Below, piece after piece: positions 50,573 to 60,677 of a stretch of DNA of 64,000 bases. The notes beneath the pieces are model-generated. The model was not told the origin of the DNA. It saw only the letters and a list, made by a program, of their open reading frames with translations, and did no database searches. The DNA is from a virus, in the IMG/VR virus record IMGVR_UViG_3300036780_000414, positions 18,796 through 82,795 of that record; one strand, given 5' to 3'. The translations under genes and the position numbers were made by a program. Numbering within the stretch: the first letter of the stretch is position 1; the number at the start of each line of letters is the position of its first letter.

Positions 50573-51128
50573 GCTGGCCGCCACGGCGGTACGCGACCAT
50601 CACGCCATCCAGCAGCCCGAGGAGCTGACCCGGCTGATCAGCCGGCTGCGCCGCCTCCGCCCGCTCCGCACGGTGATCGAGATCGGCTGCGACGCCGGCG
50701 GGACACTGTGGGCATGGCGGCAGGTATGCCCCGTGGTGTACGGCATCACCCTGCCGGTGTCCCCGCCGGGTGAGGGCCTGTTCCCGCAGGGCAGGCACCC
50801 GCTGGAAACGCACGGCGCACTCGTGCACCTGGGAGACAGCCACGATGCCGGGTCGGTTTTCTGGCTGGGCGCACAGCTGGGCTTCGGCAAGCAGGCTGAC
50901 TTCCTGTTCATCGACGGTGACCACAGCCCCGAGGGTGTCCTGGCCGACTTCGAGGACTACCGGCACCTTGTCCGCCCCGGCGGGCTCATTGCCCTGGACG
51001 ACGTACTCAACCCGGACCTGGACGTGCGGAAGGCGTGGACGCACATCACCAGCCTGCCGCTGCACACGGAAGTGATCAGCGCGGGGAAGATGCCAGCGGG
51101 GATCGGCCTGGTGCATGCACCAGCCTGA
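50559..51128 (+). CDS. Class I SAM-dependent methyltransferase (Methyltransf_24-like)
   Basis: VIEIGCDAGGT, GDS, DFLFIDGDHS...DF...LVRPGGLIALDD. Confidence 0.85.
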   Translation: MTPAELAATAVRDHHAIQQPEELTRLISRLRRLRPLRTVIEIGCDAGGTLWAWRQVCPVVYGITLPVSPPGEGLFPQGRHPLETHGALVHLGDSHDAGSVFWLGAQLGFGKQADFLFIDGDHSPEGVLADFEDYRHLVRPGGLIALDDVLNPDLDVRKAWTHITSLPLHTEVISAGKMPAGIGLVHAPA

Positions 51129-52053
51129 CCCGGTAGCCCGCATGCTGGTCAGCTACTACTACCGGGGAAAGTGTGACCTGGGCCAGATAGTCGACATGGA
51201 AGCTGCGCTGGGCAGGGCAGGCGGCCGGCTGGAGCTGTTCGCGGACTCCGGGGCGTTTTCGGCGTTCACCCAGCGGCGCGGCGGTGCGAGCATCAAACGG
51301 GAAGAGTACGCCGCCTGGCTGACGGAGTGGCAGGACCAGCTGAAGATCATGGTCAACCTGGACGTGATCGGTGACGCGAAGGCCAGCGCCCGCAACCAGC
51401 TGTGGCTTGAGGACCGGGGCCTCCCGGTCTTGCCGGTCTACCACATGCAGTCACCGCTGAGTGAGCTGGAGGCGCTGTGCCGCGACTACGACTACATCTG
51501 CATCGGCGGCACCGCATCGCTGACGGGGACAAAGAAGCTCGCCGCGACCGCCCGCGCGATGCTGATCGCCCGTGAGCACGGCACCCGCGTGCACGGGCTC
51601 GGCAGGTCCGCGTCGGAGGAGCTGGCTTCCCTGCCGTTCTACTCTGCCGACTCGACCACGTGGACATACGGGGCTCGCTTCGGCTCACTCCAGGTGTTCA
51701 CCGGCAGCCGGGTCGCTTCCCTGCCCGTGCAGGAAGCAGTCAGGCACCCTGTCCTGATCCGCTCGCACGGGGCCGACCCGCAGCGGATGGCTGTCCCGGC
51801 GTACGGCAACCGCGGAAAGAGCCTGGGGATCATGAAAGACCAGGGTGACTACCGGCGGGAAGTGGACGAGTCGGTGTTCGTGGCCGCTGTCGCGTGGAAG
51901 CGGCTCGAAGCGCACCTCCGCGCACGGCACCGTGTTCCCCCGCCGCCAGGGCAGGAGTCAACGGGGACGAACCTGTGGCTGGCGGACAACGCCATCCGGC
52001 ACTTCGCGGTTCTGGTCCGCGCGGTCAGCTGGCTAGCTGAGACCAGCACATGA
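51115..52053 (+). CDS. dpdA: DpdA/TGT-like 7-deazaguanine DNA transglycosylase, copy 1
   Basis: FADSGAFS, NLDVIGD, PVYH, IGG, VHGLG, SADSTTW TGT-fold motifs; sits in a Que operon. Confidence 0.75.
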   Translation: MHQPDPVARMLVSYYYRGKCDLGQIVDMEAALGRAGGRLELFADSGAFSAFTQRRGGASIKREEYAAWLTEWQDQLKIMVNLDVIGDAKASARNQLWLEDRGLPVLPVYHMQSPLSELEALCRDYDYICIGGTASLTGTKKLAATARAMLIAREHGTRVHGLGRSASEELASLPFYSADSTTWTYGARFGSLQVFTGSRVASLPVQEAVRHPVLIRSHGADPQRMAVPAYGNRGKSLGIMKDQGDYRREVDESVFVAAVAWKRLEAHLRARHRVPPPPGQESTGTNLWLADNAIRHFAVLVRAVSWLAETST

Positions 52054-53024
52054 CACCGCACCCGGATCCCGTGGCCCGGATGCTGGTCAGCTACTACTAC
52101 TGGCGCAAGCGGGACCTTTCGCAGCTCGACAAGATGGCCGCCCCGCTCACCGCTGTGGGTGGTCACCTGGAGCTGTTCGCTGACTCGGGGGCATTCAGCG
52201 CGTACACGCAGCGGGGCGGCGGCGCGGCGATCCGGCGGGAAGAGTACGCGGCGTGGCTGACGGAATGGCAACCGCGCCTGCGGGTCATGGTCAACCTGGA
52301 CGTGATCGGCGATGCCGCCGGCAGCGCCCGCAACCAGCTGTGGCTTGAGAACCGGGGACTGAACGTGACGCCGGTCTACCACATGCAGTCCCCCGTGGCG
52401 GAGCTGGAGGCGCTGTGCCGCGATTACAGGTACATCTGCGTCGGCGGGACCGCCAGCCTGACCGGCGCACAGAAAACCGCTGCGACCGCACGGGCGATGA
52501 TCGTCGCCCGTGAGCACGGGACCGCCGTCCACGGCCTCGGCCGCTCCTCAGCTGACGAGCTGTCCGCGATCGGCTTCTACTCCGTTGACTCAACCACGTG
52601 GATGCAGGCCGCCCGTTACGGGGACATTCACCTGTTCGACGGCCGGACGCTGCGCCGCCTGCCGATCCGCAAGGCGGTCAGCGAACCCGCGCTGATCCGC
52701 CGGCACGGCGGCGACCCGCAGCGGATGTGCCGCCCCGACTACGCGAACCTCCAGTACCGCAACCGCAAGGACCCCGCCCAGTACGCCTCTTACCGCAGGG
52801 AGAACGATGAGGTCGTTTTCATCGCCGGGGTCGCGTGGAAGCGGTTCGAAGCGCACCTGCGCCGCCGTCACCAGGTGCCTCCTCCCCCAGGTCACGAGAC
52901 AAACGGCACAAATGTGTGGTTCGCTGACGACAACATGCTGCACCAGCAGCAGATGATCGCGGCCGTCGCGTGGCTCGCGTCATCACCGTTACGGCCCGGC
53001 GCTAACTGGGAGGGAAAGCGATGA
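52050..53024 (+). CDS. dpdA: DpdA/TGT-like 7-deazaguanine DNA transglycosylase, copy 2
   Basis: Same motifs intact (FADSGAFS, NLDVIGD, VHGLG, SVDSTTW); full-length paralog of copy 1. Confidence 0.75.
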   Translation: MTPHPDPVARMLVSYYYWRKRDLSQLDKMAAPLTAVGGHLELFADSGAFSAYTQRGGGAAIRREEYAAWLTEWQPRLRVMVNLDVIGDAAGSARNQLWLENRGLNVTPVYHMQSPVAELEALCRDYRYICVGGTASLTGAQKTAATARAMIVAREHGTAVHGLGRSSADELSAIGFYSVDSTTWMQAARYGDIHLFDGRTLRRLPIRKAVSEPALIRRHGGDPQRMCRPDYANLQYRNRKDPAQYASYRRENDEVVFIAGVAWKRFEAHLRRRHQVPPPPGHETNGTNVWFADDNMLHQQQMIAAVAWLASSPLRPGANWEGKR

Positions 53025-54007
53025 AGCCGTCAGAGCATTTCCGGTTCACCGTGCAGGAGCACGACCTGCTGACAGGGGCACTCGCGGTACTGCCGGACAT
53101 CGGCGTGCTGATGCAGAAGACACCGAGCACCACGCTCAAGCGGTGGGGGGCAGTCCTCCACCATGACGACCGGACACTCCGGGCGCTGCGCGGCGTACCC
53201 GGCCTGGGCGCGGCGTGGGCAGCCCACATGGCCCAGGACGAGATCAGCCACCCACCGGGTACCTACGGGCTACCTGAAGCGGCAGGCGTCCCCCAGGACC
53301 CGGTGATCGCGTACTCAGGCGGACCTGACTCGTTCATCGCCTGGCGGCTCCTCGGCCACCCGGAAGCGGTCTACCTGGACTTCGGCAACCAGGCCGGCCA
53401 GGTGGAGAAGTACCGGGTGCAGCTGGCCAGCGACAAGTTCGCTGACCCGGACCGGCCGGTTACCTTCATGCCCAGCTACAGCATGCGGGAACTGTCGACC
53501 GGCTGGATCCCGTACCGGAACCTCCGCATCATCCTCGCGTGCGCTGAGGTCGCCCCCGATGTCGTCCTCGCCCGGATCGCCGAATGGGGGCCGGATAAGA
53601 ACCCCGGCTTCTTCCGCCGCACCGAACGGCTGCTCGCCAGCTCACGCGGCGGCCACTTCCAGGCTGCCGCGAACCTCCCGAGGGTCCGCATCCACACACC
53701 GTTCGGTCACCTCACCAAGACGCAGCTGGTCCGCCGCTACCTCCAGGTGTTCGGCCCGGACGCCGCCGACGACCTGGTCCAGTACACCTGGTCCTGCTAC
53801 GGCCCAGGCCCGCTGTTCTGCGGCCAGTGCGGCGGCTGCTGGTGCCGGTGGGTGGCGTTCCACCAGAACGGCATCCTCGAAGAGGACCGCTACGCGCAGC
53901 ACCCGGAACGCGCCGCCTACTACCGGCGGCTGGACTGGCGGGACTTCCGCCCCGGCATGGCCGGGATGTACCTCAAGCGGGCGTGGGAAATGCGGGGGCT
54001 GGGCTGA
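53021..54007 (+). CDS. queC: QueC-like 7-cyano-7-deazaguanine synthase with ~90-aa N-terminal extension
   Basis: PP-loop YSGGPDS, IPYRN, TPF..LTK, TWSCY...CGQCGGC. Confidence 0.85.
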   Translation: MKPSEHFRFTVQEHDLLTGALAVLPDIGVLMQKTPSTTLKRWGAVLHHDDRTLRALRGVPGLGAAWAAHMAQDEISHPPGTYGLPEAAGVPQDPVIAYSGGPDSFIAWRLLGHPEAVYLDFGNQAGQVEKYRVQLASDKFADPDRPVTFMPSYSMRELSTGWIPYRNLRIILACAEVAPDVVLARIAEWGPDKNPGFFRRTERLLASSRGGHFQAAANLPRVRIHTPFGHLTKTQLVRRYLQVFGPDAADDLVQYTWSCYGPGPLFCGQCGGCWCRWVAFHQNGILEEDRYAQHPERAAYYRRLDWRDFRPGMAGMYLKRAWEMRGLG

Positions 54008-54411
54008 TGCCCGAGATCACGAAGACGTTCAGGTTCGCCGCGTCGCACCGGCTCGACGGCCTGCCGCCGGACCACAAGTGCATGCGGCTGCACGGCCACA
54101 ACTACATGGTGATCGTGTCGCTGCGCTCACCGAGCCTGGACAGCGCGGGCATGGTGATGGACTACGGGCAGCTGGCGCCGTTCGCTGACTGGCTGGAAGG
54201 CACCCTCGACCACCGGCACCTGGGCGGCGGCGACGTGTTCGACGCGGACGGGAAGCTCACCGACCCCGCCGTCCTGCCGTTCATCCCGACAGCGGAGAAC
54301 CTGGCCGGGCACCTGCTGGGCATCGCCAGGGAGATGTTCGGCCACTTCGTCACGGCGGTGGAGGTACGCGAGACCGACAACGTGACCGCGACCGCGAGGG
54401 CCGCCCGGTGA
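54007..54411 (+). CDS. queD: 6-carboxytetrahydropterin synthase
   Basis: FAASHRL, KCMRLHGHNY, GMVMDY, LDHRHL, PTAEN, VRET. Confidence 0.93.
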   Translation: MPEITKTFRFAASHRLDGLPPDHKCMRLHGHNYMVIVSLRSPSLDSAGMVMDYGQLAPFADWLEGTLDHRHLGGGDVFDADGKLTDPAVLPFIPTAENLAGHLLGIAREMFGHFVTAVEVRETDNVTATARAAR

Positions 54412-55178
54412 ACGCCACGGCGGGCACTGAGCCCACCGTCCGTGACCTGCTGGTGTCGGAGGAGTTCACCGCGCCGCAAGGTGAGGGCCCGCACATGGGC
54501 CGCCCGATGTACTGGGTCCGCCTCGGCGGCTGCGGCCTGGAGTGCACCTGGTGCGATGAGCCGCAGACGTGGGTGTTCGACGAACGGCACAGGAAGATGC
54601 ACGAGGGCGGAAAAGCGTACGACCCGAAGGCGGAGCTGTCCCGCGTGACGGTGGAGAACCTGGCCAGCCGCATCGCCGTGACGAACTACACGACGGTGGC
54701 GGTGACCGGCGGGGAGCCGCTTCTCCAGCAGGAAGCCGTGGGAGCGCTGATCGACCATCCCCTCATGGGAGGGATGTCGTTCGAGTTCGAGACGGCGGGG
54801 GTGATCACCCCGTGGCGGCTGGCTGGCTACGGCAACGTGCGGTTCAACGTCAGCCCGAAGCTGGCCTCCTCGGGCAACCCCGTGGCGAAACGGCGCAACG
54901 ACGCCGCCATCGCCGCGCTGCGCGCACTGGACTCGGTGTTCAAGTTCGTCTTGGACACCAGGCAGAACGGCATGTGGCAGGCAGACCTGACCGAAGTTGA
55001 GTACCTGACCCGCCAGTGGGACATCCCGCCCGGCCGCGTCTGGGTGATGCCGTGCGGGACCACGCCAGGCGAGGTCACGGAGGGGATGCTGCTGCTGGAG
55101 CCGGTCGCGCTGGCCCGCCAGTGGAACCTGAGCAGCCGCCTCCAGGTGTTCATGCACGGCGACGCCAGGGGCTTCTGA
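54408..55178 (+). CDS. queE: 7-carboxy-7-deazaguanine synthase (radical SAM)
   Basis: QGEG..G, VRLGGCGLECTWCD, TGGEPLLQ, ET.G, VSPKL. Confidence 0.93.
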   Translation: MNATAGTEPTVRDLLVSEEFTAPQGEGPHMGRPMYWVRLGGCGLECTWCDEPQTWVFDERHRKMHEGGKAYDPKAELSRVTVENLASRIAVTNYTTVAVTGGEPLLQQEAVGALIDHPLMGGMSFEFETAGVITPWRLAGYGNVRFNVSPKLASSGNPVAKRRNDAAIAALRALDSVFKFVLDTRQNGMWQADLTEVEYLTRQWDIPPGRVWVMPCGTTPGEVTEGMLLLEPVALARQWNLSSRLQVFMHGDARGF

Positions 55179-55181
55179 GCC

Positions 55182-55751
55182 GTGGACTACGCGCTAGCCG
55201 AAGATTCCGCGCGCTTCCTGCTGGGGCACCTGGGGATCAGGTGCGAAGGTGAGCTTGACCGGACGCCGATGCGCCTGGTGCACGCCCTCGCGGAACTGAC
55301 CGCCAGCCTCCGTGACGGCTTCAACCCGGCTGAGCTGCTGGCCCGCCAGTTCAGCCCGCCCGGTGACGTACCGCAGATGATCGTGGTGGAGAACATCGCG
55401 TTCACCTCGCTGTGCGAGCACCACGTCATGCCGTTCACCGGCCTGGCAACAGTCGCCTACCTGCCCTCACCGGGGGCCAGGATAGTCGGCGTGTCCAAGA
55501 TCCCCCGCCTGGTAGAGGGCTTCGCCCGCCGGCCTCAGATGCAGGAACGGCTCGGCTACCAGGTGACGGAGGCGATAGGCAAGTACCTGGACGTGCAGGG
55601 TGCCGGCTGCACGATCCGCGGCGAGCACACGTGCATGACGCTGCGCGGCGCCTGCGCAGCAGGCACGTCAATGCTCACCAACCACCTGACCGGATGTTTC
55701 TTCGACTCTCCCCCGGTCAGGGCCGAGTTCCTGGCATTGACCAGGCCGTGA
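55182..55751 (+). CDS. folE: GTP cyclohydrolase I
   Basis: TP.R, SLCEHH..PF.G, GVSKIPR, RRPQMQERL, HTCMTLRG. Confidence 0.93.
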   Translation: MDYALAEDSARFLLGHLGIRCEGELDRTPMRLVHALAELTASLRDGFNPAELLARQFSPPGDVPQMIVVENIAFTSLCEHHVMPFTGLATVAYLPSPGARIVGVSKIPRLVEGFARRPQMQERLGYQVTEAIGKYLDVQGAGCTIRGEHTCMTLRGACAAGTSMLTNHLTGCFFDSPPVRAEFLALTRP

Positions 55752-58700
55752 CGCTATCCTCACTTGTGAGAGAAGGAAGCAGCATGTCACCTGCTAACTA
55801 CGGGCCGATCCACGGGGAGCACGGTACAGCCGTCCCGCTCGTCGTCCCGCCGGCACCTGAACTGGCCACGCTCATGATGCACTGGCTGGTCACCGCCCCC
55901 GGCTTCAGCACCACCCGCAGCCAGTGGGTCATCGCCGTCAGCACCACAGCGGACCTGCCCGGCTTCAGGCCGTGCAAGCTCGACTTCGACGAGGCCACCC
56001 ACGAGATCGTCATCATGCCGCTCGACCCGGAAGGCGGCGAGTACTCCGGGCACATGCTGGTCCGCCTCCTGCTGGCCTGCGAGCTGCCGCTGGGCACCGC
56101 CGACGCCGTCCGCGTGCAGGTACGCGCAGCTGAGCATGAGGTGTCCGAGCTGGCCCCGGTCCTCGCCGCCGCGATCGTCCGGCACGGCTGGACTCCCGAG
56201 GTAACCGCTGACCCGGCGGGCGTCCGCCGGCAATGGCAGGAGTTCATCGAGGACAACCTGTCCGCGATCCGCAGCACCCGGCAGCACCCGCAGCAGCGTC
56301 CCGGCGTGAGCGTGCCGCCAGCCCCGGTGACCCTCGCGCCGCCCGGAAGCCGGGGGAAGCCATGACCGGCAAGCACACTCACGCGTGGGAGCCCGCCACG
56401 GTGCCCTGCGGCACGTGCGCGCCGCACCCGGCCGTCCGCTGCCAGGACCCCGCCTGCCCGCTGCACGCCCACCCGATCGACGTGACGAAGTACGGCGACC
56501 CGCGTGTCCTTGAGGTGAAGCTCACCGCGAAGCGGGGCGAGCTAGCCAGGGTGTCCGACCTGGCCCGCGCGGTTTACAGGGAATGGCAGGACCGCAGCCA
56601 GGCGCAAGACACCATCGGCCTTGAGCTGCGCGCACTGGAGCAGCACTACCGTCAGGTGGTGGCCGTCCATGAGTGACCGCAGGCGCGGCGGCCTTGAGCG
56701 GGAGCTGTACGCCGCCGCGCAGCAGGAGACGCTGGACGAGGCGTTCACCGCCCTGGCTAAGGTCGCGAAGGCGCTCGGCGTGTTCGACCTGACGCAGCGG
56801 GCCATCTCGATCGAAGAGGTCGGAGAGCTGATCTGCGCTGAGGCGGAACGGCTGCGGGCACTCCAGCCGGCCGTGATCATCGGCGGCAGGGAGGCAGTCC
56901 AGCTCGGGCAGCAGGGCCTCACCCCGGACACGGCGGCTGCGCTGGTGCTCGGCGCGGGACCGTGGACGGTGCGGTACCAGCTGGCCGACCGGAACGGCCG
57001 GGTCATCGCCGGCAGCGAGGTCGGCCCGCTGGTGAGCGCGGACGACAAGGTGCGCATTGAGTTCGGTGTCACGGACATCCGGGTGGCACTCGGGTGAGCG
57101 AGCCGGCAGAGGGCACGGTGACCACCCGGCGCGGGAAGCGGCCGACGCCGTGGCTGGCCGACCTGGTGGCCGCCGCGTACAGGGAAGATGACGAGGCGAT
57201 AGCGGCCGCCGCCGCCCACCTGGACGCCTCGGAGCGGCGCGACCTGGACCACGCGCTCATGGTGCTGGTCCGCGCGCTGCTCAACCAGCGGATGGGCGCG
57301 TCCGCGCGGCGGCGCATCACGCTGACCGTGGAACCGGAGGACGGATGATCATCGCGGGGATACTGCTGCTGCTCTGCTGCGCGGGCATGGGCGTGCTCGC
57401 AGTACGGAAAGGGATGCTGTGGGAGTGCGCGCACACTCTCGCGGCGCTGGGCGCGCTGGTCGGCGGCACGCGGGTCACGCTCGCGACCGGCTGGTGGGGC
57501 ATCGTGTTCTTCCCGCTGACCTTCCTGGTGACCGGGTGGACGCTGCTGCGCGGGGTGAGGGCTGATGGCTGAGGTATACCGCAGGAAGGCGCTGCGCACA
57601 GACGACAGCGTGACCGTCGCCCCGTACCGGCCGCCGATCGACCGGGCGGCGTTCGGGCTGCTGCGGGAGGTGGCCCGGCTGGCGGCACCGTCCGCGGAAG
57701 TCAGCGAGATCGTGTTCCCGTCCGGCAAGCGGGCACTGGCCGCGTACTGGGTCACCGAGGACGGCCCGGATTACACGACGGTCGAACCGGGTGAGTACCT
57801 GGGCTACTCAGGCGGCAACAGGATCCTGTTCAGCACCGATGACGGTGACCTGGCCCGCTGGTACGAGCACGTCCCGCAGGAGGAACCCGCTGATGGCTAA
57901 GCGGTGGCTTACCGCCTCGGTGGCGGCGCTGGTGCTGATGACGGTCACGGCGGCGGTCGCAGGCTCATGGGTGTGGGCGGTGTTCACCGTCGTGATCCTG
58001 GCGGGGTACGCGCTGCTGATCGCCGTAGCCGGGAAGCGCGGGCGTCCCGGTGGCTGAGCCGTTCGACCTGGAGGCGTTCCTGCTGCGCGTCACCCGCGAC
58101 CAGCAGCCAGGCCCGCGCATGTACCAGCTCCGTGTCCACCCCGGCCTGCTGGCGCAGATCACGGCGGGCGCTGATCCGGCCGTCGTCTCGTGGCCGCACG
58201 CGTACGGGACCGCGTACCTTGTCTCAGACCAGAGCCTCCCCTGGGGCGGCTGGCAGCTGATCGAGCAGGGCCGGATGGTAGCTCACGGTGAGCCGGGTGA
58301 GGACGCGGCGGGCAGGGCCGGCCAGCGCGAGCTGCCGCCGGCCGCTGACCTGGTGGCGCTGATCGAGCGGGCGCTAGCAGACGGGGACAGGGACGCCGGG
58401 ATGGGTGAGATGAGCGGCGGCTGCGAGACGACGCTGCGGCTCGGTTTCGCTGACCTGATGGGGGCTGCCGGTGACGAGCACTGAGTGCGGGTCGTGCCAC
58501 GCGGAAGTTGACTGGGCGCAGAAGTTCCCGCTGGAGCTCAACGACAAGGGCCTGCCGAAGGCCGTTCCGGTGAACCACGGCAGCGCCGGCGACCCGGCCG
58601 GGAAACTTGAGGTGTGGCGTGAGCCGGTCATCGGCACGGCGGACGGCAGGCAGGCCGCGACGGTGCTGTACTTCCGCTACCTGAAAAAAGACGAGACGCC

Positions 58701-59498
58701 GGCACCAGGTCATCATCGTGGCGTCTCGCACTTCGGCACCTGCCCGGACGCTGGCAGCTGGAGGCGGAAGTGAGCAAGAAGGCGTGCGAGCGCGAACAGC
58801 TGGCATGGCTCCTCTGGCACTATCGGCAGGGTTACAGTGACCCGCTGAGGATGGCTGACGAAATACTGGCCCTCCTCCACGTGGACCCGCCCGCAGGCGG
58901 GACAATGACGGGCGAAACCGAAACCCGCACAGAGGAGCAGCCCCGAATGTTCACCACAGGCACCAGCCCGCAGGCAGTCGTCAACCAGGTATCCGGTGTT
59001 CTCACGAACCTGCGGAACTCGCTCGCGGCGGCCAAGGAACTCCAGTTGTCGCTCGCGGGGGTGAGCATTCAGGACCTGATCGCGTTCGGGTTCGCCGTCG
59101 ACCCCAACGACGACACGCAGTCCCCGGACGCGCAGGCCATCAAGTCGGCGGTCGCAGACGCGGACGGCTTCGCGCAGCTGTTCGACACCGGCACCGACTC
59201 ACGTGACCCCGGCGCCGGGTACATCTACGGCCAGTCGATCCGCGCCGTGATCGGGACAAGGCAGACGTAATGCTCTCACGGTTCAGCCCGGTGCAGGAGA
59301 TCGCCAACGGGCGCGAGTACGACGTGACCGCCGCTGACGGTGAGGTCATCGGCACGCAGGTCCCGGCGTGGGTAGCGCGGGTGATCGCGGCCTGCGACGG
59401 GCCGGTGCTGGTACGCGCGTACCAGTGCGCGGGTGTCTCCCCGCCGGGGACGAAGACGGCTCCCCAGGCCAGGTGATCGCAGCCTGACCGGGCAGCCC

Positions 59499-59540
59499 GG
59501 CCGCCGGCAGCCCACCACCCAATAGGGCTGCCGGCGGCCC
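59499..59540 (+). terminator. GC-rich hairpin
   Basis: GGCCGCCGGCAGCCC ... GGGCTGCCGGCGGCC inverted repeat between ORFs. Confidence 0.5.
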
Positions 59541-59578
59541 GGACGTTACCAGGTGACCCTGGACGAGGAAGGACAGAG

Positions 59579-59827
59579 ATGGACGAGCGCCCCGACCCGC
59601 TGGAGGCACCGCCTGCACGGGCACTGGTGCAGGTTCACGCCCCCGAGTGCCCCGTGCACGGGAAGATGACATACCGGGGCAATGACTCCTGCCCGATGGT
59701 GCAGTTCGGCGCGGTGCTGACGTGCGCCTGCGAGCCGGAACGCTTCGAGTGCCTCGGCTTCGACGGTGAGGGCTGCGAGGTCACTCCCCCGGTCGGTTAC
59801 GCCGGCTGGCTGGCCGGGAGCCGGTGA
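59579..59827 (+). CDS. Small Cys/His protein, paralog of 4534..4734
   Basis: PECPVHG and ECLGFDGEGC shared. Confidence 0.65.
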   Translation: MDERPDPLEAPPARALVQVHAPECPVHGKMTYRGNDSCPMVQFGAVLTCACEPERFECLGFDGEGCEVTPPVGYAGWLAGSR

Positions 59828-60677
59828 CCCCGGTGGCACAGGCACGGTGCGACGGGAGCGACCCTAACCTGCTGCGGCAGGTACCCGAGGGTGACTTCGA
59901 CTCGGCGGTGATGAAGCTGGCCGGGCACTGGCAGGCGACCGCTGAGCCCGGCTGCGTGGTGATCCAGTGCCAGTGCGGGCTGCTATTCGACGACACCTAC
60001 CGGATGCGGTCGTACCCGCACGAGTTCTTCGGGCAGCTCCGCCTGCCCGGTGTCACCTGAAGTCCCGTGAGAGAGGGGACCGCATGATGCTGGCCTTTGC
60101 CGCGTTCGGCCTGCTGTGCTCGGCGGGCACCGGGTCTGTCCTGTGCGGCGCGTGGCTGCTGTGCCGTTACGCGCCGGTCTGGTGGTCTACCAGCGACGGG
60201 CAGCGGAGACCATCGTGGGAGGAGCGCCGGTGAGCGAGACGGCCGGGGGACTGCCTGGGGAGCGGGGAACTGCTAATCCCCCGGCCAATGACGACATTAG
60301 CCCGCACATGTGGGCGCGGCTAGTAGCCTGGCTGTCCTCAGTACGGCTGTTTGCGCTCACCCGCCACAGGCATGCGCTCGTGCCCGTCAAGGTCACCAAC
60401 CCGCCAGCGGGGATGAGCGCGCTGCTCGGCGGCACGCCCCCGCCGGTCGGGACGATCGTGCTGCTGCGCTGCGACTGCGGGCAAGGCACCGGCCACCTCG
60501 CGGAGATCATGCTGCGCGGCCGGTACACGCTGCCGCAGGTGCAGGGGCTCCCGTCGTGGGCTGAGGAGCCGGCCACGGAGGAACAGGCCGCTTAACCCGA
60601 TGCCCGTGGCGCGTGAGGCATAGCATTCAGCCTGACACGCGGCTGGCGGAAGGTACCGGGCTGATGGACGATAGCGG

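Larger units (their letters stand above)
55784..60595 (+). other. Run of small hypothetical ORFs (55784-56365, ~56362-56676, ~56669-57097, 57094-57348, 57345-57572 membrane, 57565-57900, 58050-58484, 58471-58773, 58947-59270, 59270-59476, 59824-60060, 60230-60595)
   Basis: Coupled plus-strand ORFs with overlapping start/stop codons. Confidence 0.6.

Noticed and set aside
51115-53024. Canonical tRNA-guanine transglycosylase (tgt) for queuosine
   Set aside because: Lacks the C-terminal CxCxxC zinc site of bacterial Tgt, and no queF/queA or tRNA genes are present; a DNA-acting DpdA is more parsimonious
60305-60312. CACATGTG inside ORF 60230-60595 as another promoter copy
   Set aside because: No TAnnnT at the fixed 5-bp spacing on either strand, and it is intragenic
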